Positions 1 to 9,076 of a stretch of DNA of 64,000 bases are shown here, one piece after another. Origin of the DNA: a virus (taxonomy: Duplodnaviria > Heunggongvirae > Uroviricota > Caudoviricetes); IMG/VR virus record IMGVR_UViG_3300029288_000054, positions 134,607 through 198,606 of that record; one strand, 5' to 3'. The notes beneath the pieces are model-generated. The model searched no databases and was not told the DNA's origin. It was given only the letters and a program-made list of their open reading frames with translations. Made by a program: the position numbers and the translations under genes. Every line of letters begins with the position of its first letter. Position 1 is the first letter of the stretch.

Positions 1-402
1 GATAAGATGATCGACATACAGAAACTCGATAATGTTTGGGTTGCAATCAGCAGCCAGCTTCAAGAATTTGCGTAATTCTTGTAATTCTGAATCTTCACCC
101 GGTTTATGGACTGTTTCAACAGATAACGACAGATCGCCACGGTCAGTAGCCAGAGCAGCTTCAATCGAGTTTCTGACTGCATGTGGGTCGGCGGCATCAA
201 TAGCATCTAATGCACTATGTAACGCTTGTTTGATGGTGCCAGAGCCGACGAAACTCGTCTGGAAAATGTCGAAGGCGGAAGAGAGCGGTGCAATGAAAAC
301 ACCGCGTCTATCAATATCGCTGTCGGGTCGATTCGTTCCATATTGGTGGGAACCGGATACGAATTGGAAGATGCAATGCTTAATAGCTTCGTCGTAGTGC
401 AT
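1..402 (-). CDS. RlaP/YcgL-like nucleotidyltransferase, partial (runs off window start)
   Basis: Not in the ORF track. Manual translation from ATG at 402: MHYDEAIKHCIFQFVSGSHQYGTNRPDSDIDRRGVF...CNPNIIEFL, matching the GS-x-YG...SDxDxRGV and NPNxxE motifs of this Pol-beta-fold family. Confidence 0.8.
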   Translation of the reverse strand, partial: MHYDEAIKHCIFQFVSGSHQYGTNRPDSDIDRRGVFIAPLSSAFDIFQTSFVGSGTIKQALHSALDAIDAADPHAVRNSIEAALATDRGDLSLSVETVHKPGEDSELQELRKFLKLAADCNPNIIEFLYVDHLI

Positions 403-512
403 TATTTCTTTCTTCGGCGCTTTAGAAATGCTAAGAATCGGGCGAAAAAGAACCCGACAATGAATCCGATGGCAGAGTTGATGATGACGTTGTAGTCTAT
501 ACTATCTGTCAT
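402..512 (-). CDS. 36-aa membrane microprotein
   Basis: MTDSIDYNVIINSAIGFIVGFFFARFLAFLKRRRKK: one hydrophobic helix plus a basic tail, with ATGA and TAATG overlaps to both neighbours. Confidence 0.6.
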   Translation of the reverse strand: MTDSIDYNVIINSAIGFIVGFFFARFLAFLKRRRKK

Positions 513-835
513 TTATCGTTATTATCCTCTACACAAGCAGACAGCATACCCCTGGAAATATTTAGCTGATTGCGAAAAACTTCGATCTGACCAGCTAACG
601 TATGCAGTAAATCTTGTGCGGCTTCGAGCGACTTGAATTGCAAGTACTCTTTTGACATAGTTATCGCGCCATTCTCACATGGCAAATGTCCCACCATAGC
701 CGTCGTTGCTGAGCCGTCACCAGCCGCTCGTAAGAGTATGTCCTCGACACGGCCTAAAAGAGTTTCGCCGTTATCGTCCTCTTTGAATAGCTCTTCAAGG
801 CATGTGAGAGTACGCAGTGTTTCGTTGCTAGCCAT
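509..835 (-). CDS. hypothetical protein
   Basis: 108-aa ORF packed between neighbours on the same strand. Confidence 0.6.
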   Translation of the reverse strand: MASNETLRTLTCLEELFKEDDNGETLLGRVEDILLRAAGDGSATTAMVGHLPCENGAITMSKEYLQFKSLEAAQDLLHTLAGQIEVFRNQLNISRGMLSACVEDNNDK

Positions 836-1338
836 TAGCGTTGCTTTTGTTGTAATATGAAATCATCAAGATAGTTCGTTAACGGTAGCCCCATGACCGA
901 TATCAGCCCTTCGATATCCTCTTCTACGCGGTCTTTCAATCGTTTCAATCGACGCTTACGCTCATGATACGGTTGTTCGTGTAAGTGTCTTTTATCTCTT
1001 TTAGCGTGATTTGAAAGTGGCAGACCTGCTCTGGTCGAAGCGAGATGCTTATCAGCCTTTGTAAGTTTACATTCTATCCTACCGCGAGCTTGGTTGCAAG
1101 CATAGCATGCAATCACTTTGCGGATCACTTGAAGCTCACCACGTTTATTTCTTCTGATGATGCCTAGATCACGCTCTTGTCTTCGTTCATCAAGCTTACT
1201 ATACAGATGGTCCACCGTCGCAGTATCGTCTGGTGTAGTTTCATGGTTAGCGGGAATTACTAACCTGGTCGGACGCCGACACCAATAACAATGCGAATCC
1301 TTTAGCCATAGACGTTCACGTAGACTGTACCTACCCAT
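835..1338 (-). CDS. HNH endonuclease
   Basis: CYWC...TVDHL...ACYACNQARG zinc/HNH motif; leaderless behind the promoter at 1344-1372. Confidence 0.75.
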   Translation of the reverse strand: MGRYSLRERLWLKDSHCYWCRRPTRLVIPANHETTPDDTATVDHLYSKLDERRQERDLGIIRRNKRGELQVIRKVIACYACNQARGRIECKLTKADKHLASTRAGLPLSNHAKRDKRHLHEQPYHERKRRLKRLKDRVEEDIEGLISVMGLPLTNYLDDFILQQKQR

Positions 1339-1343
1339 AAAAG

Positions 1344-1372
1344 TTTATAGCACCAAGGAACTAATTACTTAA
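1344..1372 (-). promoter_or_regulatory. phage promoter
   Basis: TTAAGT-17-TATAAA with GTGC before the -10; ATG follows 5 nt later. Confidence 0.7.
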
Positions 1373-1376
1373 TAAA

Positions 1377-1617
1377 ATGGTAGGTTGGAGTCGACACCAA
1401 CTAGGCTCGGTAAAGCGACGATCTAACCTGCACACGCCGCCTTTAGTAGATCCCCTTGAATGGCTTGCCGCTAGTATCGTTTCAACTAGGGTCCGGCTCG
1501 GTCGCATTGTAACCGCCATATCACCCCGAATACATCTCTGTGTCACCACAGACGGGCAACTTGAAATCTTGAGCCAACACTACTAAATGTTGCACAGTCA
1601 ATCTGTGCCACTACCAT
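1377..1617 (-). ncRNA. candidate 241-nt structured RNA with tRNA-like ends and a pseudoknot
   Basis: Terminal stem ATGGTAG/CTACCAT, T-arm-like GTTGG-TGTCGACT-CCAAC, GNRA hairpin TCTGTG-GTGA-CACAGA, crossing helices GATCTA/TAGATC and TAAAG.GCGGC/GTCGCTTTA. It fills the intergenic gap. Confidence 0.55.
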
Positions 1618-1631
1618 TCAGCAATAAAATA

Positions 1632-2246
1632 CTACCGCCCAGTGAAACTACCTATTTCTTCGTGAGCACGGTCAGATAGACTAGATAAGGCCGTGTGTCT
1701 CAAATTAGCCTTAGAAACCGGAACATCGGGCCTTGTAGCCAATAGTTTTAAGGTAGGTCTATCTACCTCGTAGCCATTGGTGGTTCTTTTATATGCTTTG
1801 CTAGCACTTAGAGCCCGAGCTTCTTCAGGAGTCAATCCAAACCGTTTCATCACAACATCAATGCCGGTCCAGATCGAGTTATATGGCATATTTTGTGGCA
1901 TGGCATCTAGCTTTTGAAGCACTGATACCATTAACCGTGATTCGTTTGATTCGGTCAGCCCATAAAGCTTGGCTGATTGCGGATGGTATTTTCTAATGAT
2001 CTTCTCGCCCTGTTCAACACCTTTCTGTTCCCAGTCGTTGAGTGGCCTATATTTAGAGATCTTGCGTAAGATATTCATGCGTGTTATTGCGGCATGAAAA
2101 TATCTCTCACCCATACCGCTCTGAGTGCAGCACCTAGCATCAGCTTGTTTTAATGCCTGTTCAAGCCGCCATAATTCAGTCCGTGGAGACTTTGATGTTT
2201 TCACACTTGATAGTGCAGACTCTAGTAATTTATCGAAGTTACGCAT
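1632..2246 (-). CDS. hypothetical protein
   Basis: 204-aa ORF. Confidence 0.65.
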   Translation of the reverse strand: MRNFDKLLESALSSVKTSKSPRTELWRLEQALKQADARCCTQSGMGERYFHAAITRMNILRKISKYRPLNDWEQKGVEQGEKIIRKYHPQSAKLYGLTESNESRLMVSVLQKLDAMPQNMPYNSIWTGIDVVMKRFGLTPEEARALSASKAYKRTTNGYEVDRPTLKLLATRPDVPVSKANLRHTALSSLSDRAHEEIGSFTGR

Positions 2247-2321
2247 TTATTTTCTCCTCGGCATAGTCGCCACCCGAATATATTTTTGGACGATAGGTGC
2301 AAAACTATTATGGAGGATATC

Positions 2322-2747
2322 ATGATTCAAGAAGCTAAAAAAGATCTGACAGAAGTTCCTGGCACTGCGCCATATGCTCTGAAGCAGATATCAGGCGAAT
2401 TAAAAGCAGCCACAGACCTTAATCAATTGCTCTCTCTAGTTGATGGTGCTATTGGGCAATATGTTGGTCGTGGTTTGTCGCCAGCAAACTATGAAAAATT
2501 CGTCAACGACATTCGAAGCAGCGACAGCATAGAGAAGGCACAATTCGTCATCTGGCAGTGGCTCGTCGCGTCATCAGGCAATCGCGTCATGTATACTGGC
2601 GGAGAACGGAGAAGATGGGGGACGCGAGAGGGAATTGAGGCAGTCGCTTCAATGATAACAGAAAATGTCAACTCCGTGTTGTCGCCAACCGACATACTAC
2701 TAGCCGAGCTTCTTGAACCATACGGCTGCACTATTATACCACTCTGA
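2322..2747 (+). CDS. hypothetical protein
   Basis: GGAGG RBS before ATG 2322 (MIQEAKK). Confidence 0.7.
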   Translation: MIQEAKKDLTEVPGTAPYALKQISGELKAATDLNQLLSLVDGAIGQYVGRGLSPANYEKFVNDIRSSDSIEKAQFVIWQWLVASSGNRVMYTGGERRRWGTREGIEAVASMITENVNSVLSPTDILLAELLEPYGCTIIPL

Positions 2748-3246
2748 TGATTTCCACTTCCAGGCCGAGCTTCTCAATCTGTTTGCGTAGATTTGTGGTA
2801 AATGTGCTTAGATCTTTCGCTTTTGGTATTCTATAGCCAAATTCCAGTAATGCTCGTTGGAAGAAAGCATCAAAGCAGTAATTGTCGCTATTTGACCATT
2901 CCTTAAAACCGCTATATCTGGTGCTATTTAGTTTGCGACCAACTTTTCTTGATACTACTGTGTGGCGCAAGATCCACGCAAACCTGTCACATCTGACAAT
3001 ATGGATGCTGCCTTTTCTAACCAAAAAATTATAGATGTCACGATCTGACGGAGCGGTGACATCTTTTGTCGGATGGGTATGAAAAGATATCGGCTCATCG
3101 AGATTAGGCCAACAATAAGAGCAACCGCCATGCTCATAGACGACACTCGTATTGGTTATGTGTCCGAATAGCTCATGGCCGCATTCTACCGGCAACAGCC
3201 GACAGATTTGCGACAATTCCAGACCTTTTCTGATCTTGAGCCTCAT
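2734..3246 (-). CDS. JAB/MPN-like metalloenzyme
   Basis: Upstream E plus HTHP-x7-SDRD, matching HxH-x7-SxxD; leaderless behind the promoter at 3252-3280. Confidence 0.55.
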   Translation of the reverse strand: MRLKIRKGLELSQICRLLPVECGHELFGHITNTSVVYEHGGCSYCWPNLDEPISFHTHPTKDVTAPSDRDIYNFLVRKGSIHIVRCDRFAWILRHTVVSRKVGRKLNSTRYSGFKEWSNSDNYCFDAFFQRALLEFGYRIPKAKDLSTFTTNLRKQIEKLGLEVEIIRVV

Positions 3247-3251
3247 ATATT

Positions 3252-3280
3252 ATTATAGCATAAACAATTACATGAATTAA
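3252..3280 (-). promoter_or_regulatory. phage promoter
   Basis: TTAATT-17-TATAAT; ATG follows 5 nt later. Confidence 0.7.
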
Positions 3281-3310
3281 TATTGATAGGGACGACGCAC
3301 AAGCAGATAT

Positions 3311-3511
3311 TCACTTCTCTGCCGAATCATCGATGAACTCTCCAAAATATTCCTGTCTGAATTCGTGGTCGGTTGTAGCTATATGATTTGTTATATCGAA
3401 GAACGGGTTTGGTATCTCACTGGGGGTCGAGACAAGCTTACGTAAGTATTCGTCAGTCTTAAGGCGTTCCGAGAAAAATGCTGCTAATTCTTTATTTATC
3501 TCGTCGGGCAT
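3311..3511 (-). CDS. hypothetical protein
   Basis: 66-aa ORF. Confidence 0.55.
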   Translation of the reverse strand: MPDEINKELAAFFSERLKTDEYLRKLVSTPSEIPNPFFDITNHIATTDHEFRQEYFGEFIDDSAEK

Positions 3512-3571
3512 CGAAGGCTTCCTTGGTATTTCTTGTTGTTTCCTTAGTATTTTCTTTGCACTCTGGCAACT

Positions 3572-4174
3572 TCAATGTAGTTCGAGAGGGTTTGCGTCTC
3601 CTAGCGTAAGAAGGCCCTTTTCTGTGCGTCGTTCGGGTTCGCATTGATTAGATAACATAACGCCGCACAAATCAAGAAATCCTATCAAAGCAGATTCAAC
3701 CAGTCTAGCACCTTCGGCGGTTAAATTATCCTTGATTATTTTGATACTAAAGGCACTAGCTTGCTCTCTGAGACGTTGGCAATAAGCCGGTCTCGCTGTT
3801 TCACCACAGCCTATTTTATGTCTTTCCCAAGCCCTTCCACCCACTCCTTTGCCAATATAAAAAGGCAATACTTCATTGTCCTTAAACCACACATAGACAT
3901 ACCGACCACGTGGTCCCGGCTTCAGTGGCTTTTGAGATTTTGGCTTTTTTGACTTCGGACTCACACCATCCCAAAACTGCTTTCGGCAATCAGAGCTGCA
4001 GTATTTCTGGTTAGCTGTTTTTCGAATGAATCGTTTACCACACGGGCATTCAATATCTGGTTTCTTATCCTTCTTGCGTTTTCGGCACTCATAACCACAA
4101 TAGACACTCTGATTATGGTTGGCTACGAACGGTTTTCCGCAACGCCGACAATATCTAAGTTCTTTGAACGACAT
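3572..4174 (-). CDS. GIY-YIG-like endonuclease with N-terminal zinc ribbons
   Basis: YVYVWF...FYIGKG...RAWERH and a later ES motif; CRRC/CGYEC and CPC/CSSDC clusters. Confidence 0.65.
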   Translation of the reverse strand: MSFKELRYCRRCGKPFVANHNQSVYCGYECRKRKKDKKPDIECPCGKRFIRKTANQKYCSSDCRKQFWDGVSPKSKKPKSQKPLKPGPRGRYVYVWFKDNEVLPFYIGKGVGGRAWERHKIGCGETARPAYCQRLREQASAFSIKIIKDNLTAEGARLVESALIGFLDLCGVMLSNQCEPERRTEKGLLTLGDANPLELH

Positions 4175-4205
4175 ATTCTTCCAATACGCTCCGTAGATAT
4201 AAGTA

Positions 4206-4481
4206 ATGGTATTTCACATATCGGAGAAGTTCATGCATTGCTATTGGACGAGTATATGTGAAGAATTGACAGATCTGCGTAGAAGGATTTGGAATAAGCG
4301 GTTACTACTGTGGTGGTATCGACTCTTCATCAGACGCAACGAATTCCATAGATCTCTTAACTCCGATTTCAATGCAATGCTGGTTATGGACAGCTCTGAG
4401 CTGAAGAAATACTTTAAAGACCTACGTCGCAGACGAAGAATCGCCCACAAAAGAGACTTACGTCGCTCTAAAACATTATGA
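4206..4481 (+). CDS. hypothetical basic protein
   Basis: First gene of a plus-strand run with overlapping start/stop codons. Confidence 0.55.
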   Translation: MVFHISEKFMHCYWTSICEELTDLRRRIWNKRLLLWWYRLFIRRNEFHRSLNSDFNAMLVMDSSELKKYFKDLRRRRRIAHKRDLRRSKTL

Positions 4482-4741
4482 ATATCATACAGGTTTCAAA
4501 AGATCAGTTCGAGCGAATGGGTTCTGGTTCTCTAGTCGGCAAAGTTGCCGAAAAGTTCCCTCCGTCAGAAGTCACTATCAAATTCGAGCAGACAACGCTG
4601 AATTGGCGGAAAGCTAATGGCGGACCTGAAGAGATCATCGTTCCAGAGTATCTTCCGATGTGTTTGTGTGGAGATGTAGTGGATTTGATAAGACTCGGGT
4701 ACAAGCTAACAATCGATGAATACCACCCAAAACAGAATTAG
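4478..4741 (+). CDS. hypothetical protein
   Basis: ATGA overlap with the previous ORF. Confidence 0.6.
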   Translation: MNIIQVSKDQFERMGSGSLVGKVAEKFPPSEVTIKFEQTTLNWRKANGGPEEIIVPEYLPMCLCGDVVDLIRLGYKLTIDEYHPKQN

Positions 4742-4913
4742 AAGCTGCAAATGGTCTGAGACTTTTACACAGGACGATCTTGCCCATAACTATCGATGTC
4801 GCCACCAGAGTGCAAAGAAAGAGATCGACGACAGCAATGGCAAGCTGGTTGATTGCTGGTGTTTGGGGTTCATCGAGATGTGTCCATACTACGAGCAAGT
4901 AGAGAAATCATAG
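4716..4913 (+). CDS. hypothetical Cys-containing protein
   Basis: 65-aa ORF within the run. Confidence 0.5.
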   Translation: MNTTQNRIRSCKWSETFTQDDLAHNYRCRHQSAKKEIDDSNGKLVDCWCLGFIEMCPYYEQVEKS

Positions 4914-4923
4914 GTATTTGAAG

Positions 4924-5175
4924 ATGTCACCAAGAGAATACACGCTACACCGAATTATCCTACTTGGCTTAGACATCAAGGCACGAGAAGGTCGAAACGA
5001 CTACAGGGTTGAGGCACTCAGGAGCCTCTATACCGAGCTGAAGCAAGATATCGGCAACCCGGCTCCTCACTTCTTGAAGGTCCGGCAAAATTTTCTCGGC
5101 CTCGATCTGATTCATTTCGATAGGATTCTCGTTGATGAGACGAGAGTCAATCAGCTCCTAAAGCGACAGGGATAG
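4924..5175 (+). CDS. hypothetical protein
   Basis: ORF within the run. Confidence 0.55.
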   Translation: MSPREYTLHRIILLGLDIKAREGRNDYRVEALRSLYTELKQDIGNPAPHFLKVRQNFLGLDLIHFDRILVDETRVNQLLKRQG

Positions 5176-5178
5176 ATC

Positions 5179-5358
5179 ATGGAATGGTATTGGTGGGTTG
5201 TCATTGGAATCGGTACATATCTGTTCGCTTCTTTCACGATTGCCACATGGTATATCATGTCGCCAGTCATGAAACCACGACGATGGATTGACTATTTCTG
5301 CTATCCTGCTGGACTTGTAATACTATTGCTCGCGTATCTGACCGGTAGAATAAAATGA
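5179..5358 (+). CDS. 59-aa membrane protein
   Basis: Manual translation MEWYWWVVIGIGTYLFASFTIATWYIM...CYPAGLVILLLAYLTGRIK: two hydrophobic segments, ATGA overlap with the next ORF. Confidence 0.65.
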   Translation: MEWYWWVVIGIGTYLFASFTIATWYIMSPVMKPRRWIDYFCYPAGLVILLLAYLTGRIK

Positions 5359-5564
5359 AGATCATCTCCAGTCTTGTGTTTGTCACTGGGTTGGCCGGTA
5401 TCTTCACCTCGTTCGCTTTAGAACTATGGTGGAGATGTCACAGCGATACCTTCAATTTATTCACATGGCAAGCGGGCGTCCTTTTGTGGACTTGCATGCC
5501 GGGTATGGTTCTCACGATCATTGGCGGTTATCTCATCAGCATCACGAAGTGGAGCGATAAGTGA
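5355..5564 (+). CDS. small membrane protein
   Basis: Two hydrophobic segments. Confidence 0.65.
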   Translation: MKIISSLVFVTGLAGIFTSFALELWWRCHSDTFNLFTWQAGVLLWTCMPGMVLTIIGGYLISITKWSDK

Positions 5565-5830
5565 TGGACGAAGAGAAGAGGTACTATGTAACTGACAACG
5601 GCTGTAGTATAATAGAATATCCGGCCAAGATCATCCACGAGAAAGATCGCACTCTGTTCGACGGTCAGGCTAATGGACAAGGCCCCAACTGGGTTTCGGT
5701 CCATGTGATGCCAGAGCACGAAATAGCTCACGACAGAAATATGTTCAGACTACACGAGTCGATAGCTAAGGCGGCTATCGAGTCTTGGGAAGTGTTCCGG
5801 GATGAAGAACCCCATCTACTAAGCGAGTAA
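5561..5830 (+). CDS. hypothetical protein
   Basis: Overlapping start/stop with the previous ORF. Confidence 0.6.
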   Translation: MMDEEKRYYVTDNGCSIIEYPAKIIHEKDRTLFDGQANGQGPNWVSVHVMPEHEIAHDRNMFRLHESIAKAAIESWEVFRDEEPHLLSE

Positions 5831-5833
5831 TCC

Positions 5834-6304
5834 ATGAGATATGCGGACAGTAATTGCGACTATACCGAAGGTTTCGAGGGCGGCGTGCACACCTATACCT
5901 TCACCGGCCCATGCGTTGTGACCGGGAAGTCTTACAGCGTAACTGTCCTAGGAAGTGAGCTATACGCTTACCGAAAAGGTGCCAAGCTTCAAGATGCTTT
6001 CAGGAGCTTGTCGGCTGGCGACCGTGAATTCCTCTTCTCTGGCTTCTCACCTGAAGGATGGGTGAAGACGTTCCCGGACGATGAAGATGACGGTCGATTC
6101 CCGGACGAGGAGCCTCTAGACGGGCCAGTAAGCCAAGAAATCGTTGGGACTATGACAGCCGAAATCATCAGAGATGGCCGAGTCGTCGAAACTATGACCT
6201 GTCAGAACAAAATAGTCTCTGATGGGATCGATAGTATCATTGACGTCGATATGAGCAAAGTTGCTCCCTCTATAACCATTGACCCTACAGACCCGGATGC
6301 GTAA
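5834..6304 (+). CDS. hypothetical phage protein
   Basis: Contains an LQDAFRSLSAGDREFLFSG segment of a type I recall from phage hypothetical proteins. Confidence 0.65.
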   Translation: MRYADSNCDYTEGFEGGVHTYTFTGPCVVTGKSYSVTVLGSELYAYRKGAKLQDAFRSLSAGDREFLFSGFSPEGWVKTFPDDEDDGRFPDEEPLDGPVSQEIVGTMTAEIIRDGRVVETMTCQNKIVSDGIDSIIDVDMSKVAPSITIDPTDPDA

Positions 6305-6305
6305 A

Positions 6306-6728
6306 ATGTACCAGCTAGAACTAGACAGATATCAGGCCCACGCCGTTGTTGCCGCACTAGATGCTTTTGCCCGGATTCATATGGGCCAAGTTAACATAGT
6401 TGCTGAGCTTTTATCCGAGGGAGTGTATAGCTCCGAGCAGATCGAGAAGGTCAGAGGATTGTGTGGTGAGATCAAGCAGGCATTAGGTTTCACTCGCGAT
6501 TCATCATTCGGCATTTACAACGAGAAAGTGCCGCAGATTGGTAAGACAGCGTGGGATATTACATGTGTCTTACGACAGATTATCGCCAAAGCCGAGAATC
6601 ATGGACAGCACAGTGTTTGGCACCAAGACCCACTACAGTGCGACAGCAAGACTCCTTTAGCGAAGTGTAAATTCGTCGGGGACCAGCCCGATTTAGACAT
6701 TGGTACCCAGAGCATCGATATGGGTTGA
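6306..6728 (+). CDS. hypothetical protein
   Basis: ATG 2 nt after the previous stop. Confidence 0.65.
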   Translation: MYQLELDRYQAHAVVAALDAFARIHMGQVNIVAELLSEGVYSSEQIEKVRGLCGEIKQALGFTRDSSFGIYNEKVPQIGKTAWDITCVLRQIIAKAENHGQHSVWHQDPLQCDSKTPLAKCKFVGDQPDLDIGTQSIDMG

Positions 6729-6731
6729 TTT

Positions 6732-7049
6732 ATGAAGGTCCACATGATTAAATTGATGGGTAGGGACCTTTACTTCCAGCTTACTGATACCGGGGCTTAT
6801 AAATTCACGAATTTCGGAGATGCTAGCGTTACCAACAGCATAGAGGTAGCCCAACAAGTCCTCCTCCATATGCAGGACCAACAGCAGTTTAGCGATGACC
6901 TGTCGAAGGATATGGTCATGGAAATAGTCACCTTCGAAGATTACGACATCATCAGACAAGCCACTAGGTTAAAGACAAGCTATAGCAACCCGAAATCGTG
7001 GAATCCCGTTCGAAACATTTCTAACCTATTTGATGCAGGACTAGGATAA
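6732..7049 (+). CDS. hypothetical protein (paralog of 7779..8027)
   Basis: VHMIKLMGRDLYF...FTNFGDASVT resembles IHVIKQVGKDLYF...WVSFGEASIT. Confidence 0.65.
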   Translation: MKVHMIKLMGRDLYFQLTDTGAYKFTNFGDASVTNSIEVAQQVLLHMQDQQQFSDDLSKDMVMEIVTFEDYDIIRQATRLKTSYSNPKSWNPVRNISNLFDAGLG

Positions 7050-7345
7050 TGCTAACCATTGAACCGAGAGAGCCGACGTTCCAAGAAGAACTTAGCCAGC
7101 TTATCAACAAGCATTCGCTGGAGAACGGCAGCAATACCCCTGACTTCCTCCTCGCTCTCTATCTCCAACAGTGCCTCTCCACCTTCAACGACATTATGAG
7201 GAAGCGAGAGGACTGGTATGGACGTCGATGTGCGATTGGTGGAGGGTGCATTGATCTTCACAAGCAGATGCAAGAACGAGTAACACAGGCTCTCGAAGAA
7301 GCGGAAGCTAAAGCCGCCGTTTCTGATGATCCGAAACAAATCTGA
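7049..7345 (+). CDS. hypothetical phage protein
   Basis: FQEELSQLINKHSLENGSNTPDFLLALYL motif. Confidence 0.7.
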   Translation: MLTIEPREPTFQEELSQLINKHSLENGSNTPDFLLALYLQQCLSTFNDIMRKREDWYGRRCAIGGGCIDLHKQMQERVTQALEEAEAKAAVSDDPKQI

Positions 7346-7350
7346 TAACA

Positions 7351-7785
7351 ATGGATGCGGTTAAAGTCATCTGCGACGAGACGAATAATCCACTTGAAGA
7401 GATTGCGCAGAATAAACTGCACGCAACCGTCCAATTCGATATTAGAGCTTTCTTCCATGGTCCATATCAGGAATACCTGAAGCGACGACACGCCCAAGCC
7501 CTTCTAGAAGCCGAAGAAAGGCGAAAAGCCATGACCGAGATAAAGTGTCTCATTTGTGGTAAGGTTTTAGTGCCGTTGGATGAGGAATACCCGGTCAAGG
7601 ACTATTGGCGGCAGAACTTTGATGACGCAAATACTGGTGAGTTCTCCTGTGGCTATGGTAGCTGTCATGATACCGACAAGTTCGTCTTCGGCATTTGCGA
7701 TGAATGTCTAACTGTAAAGAAGGCGGCAGGATGGCTCATTCCTAACGGCAATATACGAGACGATATCGAGAGTACTCTTTGGTAA
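7351..7785 (+). CDS. hypothetical zinc-finger protein
   Basis: CLIC...CGYGSCHD...CDEC. Confidence 0.65.
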   Translation: MDAVKVICDETNNPLEEIAQNKLHATVQFDIRAFFHGPYQEYLKRRHAQALLEAEERRKAMTEIKCLICGKVLVPLDEEYPVKDYWRQNFDDANTGEFSCGYGSCHDTDKFVFGICDECLTVKKAAGWLIPNGNIRDDIESTLW

Positions 7786-8027
7786 GGGCTATTATGATTC
7801 ATGTCATTAAGCAGGTCGGTAAAGATCTCTATTTCCGATGCGCTCCAGGTGGCTGTGAATGGGTTTCGTTCGGAGAAGCCAGCATCACTCGCCGCGACGT
7901 CACCGTCAATGCGACGATGGAGCGACTACGCACGGCTGAGAATCCCGAGAAGATCGAGTTTGAAATCGTATCCTTTTCAGACAAGGACCTCTCGAAATTC
8001 ATAGTCTCAACTCAAGCCCGACGCTAA
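7779..8027 (+). CDS. hypothetical protein (paralog of 6732..7049)
   Basis: See the 6732..7049 entry. Confidence 0.6.
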   Translation: MVRAIMIHVIKQVGKDLYFRCAPGGCEWVSFGEASITRRDVTVNATMERLRTAENPEKIEFEIVSFSDKDLSKFIVSTQARR

Positions 8028-8056
8028 AGCTCTATTTCTCCTGCCCTAAGTTCACC

Positions 8057-8296
8057 GTGATGCTTACGGTTCAGGGAGACACCATAACTGAGGCTGCTCC
8101 CTTCGTTCGTCGATTCGAAGGACAAAAGTTAGCCAATTTGGTGTCTTGGGCTAAAACTACTTTTGGAGGCCCGCTCATCATCCAGATCTTGGAAGAAGAG
8201 CAAAAGCCTTCCTTAGCCCAGCTACTTGAACGAGTCATCCAAGAATACAAGGGGTTTGAACATGAGAGAGCTTACAAGCCACCGCGTCACTTGTGA
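8057..8296 (+). CDS. hypothetical protein
   Basis: 79-aa ORF within the run. Confidence 0.5.
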   Translation: MMLTVQGDTITEAAPFVRRFEGQKLANLVSWAKTTFGGPLIIQILEEEQKPSLAQLLERVIQEYKGFEHERAYKPPRHL

Positions 8297-8585
8297 AGAG
8301 AAGCTTTTTGCTGAGCTTAACGACGAACTATCCGTCTGTGTTGAGGATCACGACGACTGTTCAACCTATATGATTTCTTCCGATTCCGAGATCTTCGGAA
8401 ACGTTCTCATCCAGGATGAAGACTCCATCGATCTTAACGGAGCCACCGTTGAATCTCTTCTTGCTATTGCTCTAGATTGTATTGGAGAATCCAGTCCTAG
8501 AGCATCTCATCATGTCCAATGTGCTTTGGACGCTCTTCAACAACACATCTTCACCCGCATTGTTGATGAAGGGAAGAAGAAATGA
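8262..8585 (+). CDS. hypothetical protein
   Basis: Acidic ORF starting MRELTSHRV. Confidence 0.6.
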   Translation: MRELTSHRVTCEEKLFAELNDELSVCVEDHDDCSTYMISSDSEIFGNVLIQDEDSIDLNGATVESLLAIALDCIGESSPRASHHVQCALDALQQHIFTRIVDEGKKK

Positions 8586-9070
8586 TATTACCAGAAGCTC
8601 CTGATGGATCTGTCGGACTAGACTCCGAGAAACCTATCTATGACGGCACAGCAGACCCTATAGTAATACAGGGTACTAAAGAGGATTGGTCCAGGCTTTT
8701 CAAGAAAGCCGTTGAGGATTATCCGGATTCAAACAGCGGCTCTATACAGTTAGCCGACAAGATAGAGGATCTCCAGAGCGGACATCTCTACGACATCCTA
8801 TGTCGCGGAAGCCACGAGACGGGGTTCTTCTGTCGCTTTGAGGGCGACAAGGCCCTCTTCTTCTGCTTCAACTATGATTGCCAGGGCGACTATCTCTTCT
8901 TCCCTTCCGAGGAGATCGTCGTCGTCGAGTATCCCGAGCAGAATCTAGCCACTTTGGCCAGGACAATTTATCTAGAGTGCGATAAGATCAAGTGGCTTAT
9001 AGAGTTCATGAAGTGGGATAACGACGCCAATTTCGTTATCGCCAAAGCCCGTAAGATCATGCAGAAGTGA
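8582..9070 (+). CDS. hypothetical protein
   Basis: ATGA overlap; 162 aa. Confidence 0.65.
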   Translation: MILPEAPDGSVGLDSEKPIYDGTADPIVIQGTKEDWSRLFKKAVEDYPDSNSGSIQLADKIEDLQSGHLYDILCRGSHETGFFCRFEGDKALFFCFNYDCQGDYLFFPSEEIVVVEYPEQNLATLARTIYLECDKIKWLIEFMKWDNDANFVIAKARKIMQK

Positions 9071-9076
9071 AAGCTT

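Noticed and set aside
32-495. Plus-strand ORFs 32..397 and 226..495
   Set aside because: The minus strand encodes a clear nucleotidyltransferase and a membrane peptide here.
1377-1617. Bona fide tmRNA
   Set aside because: No G3-U70 pair, no GGATTCGAC D-loop, no CCA and no AA-stop tag frame; kept only as an unclassified RNA.
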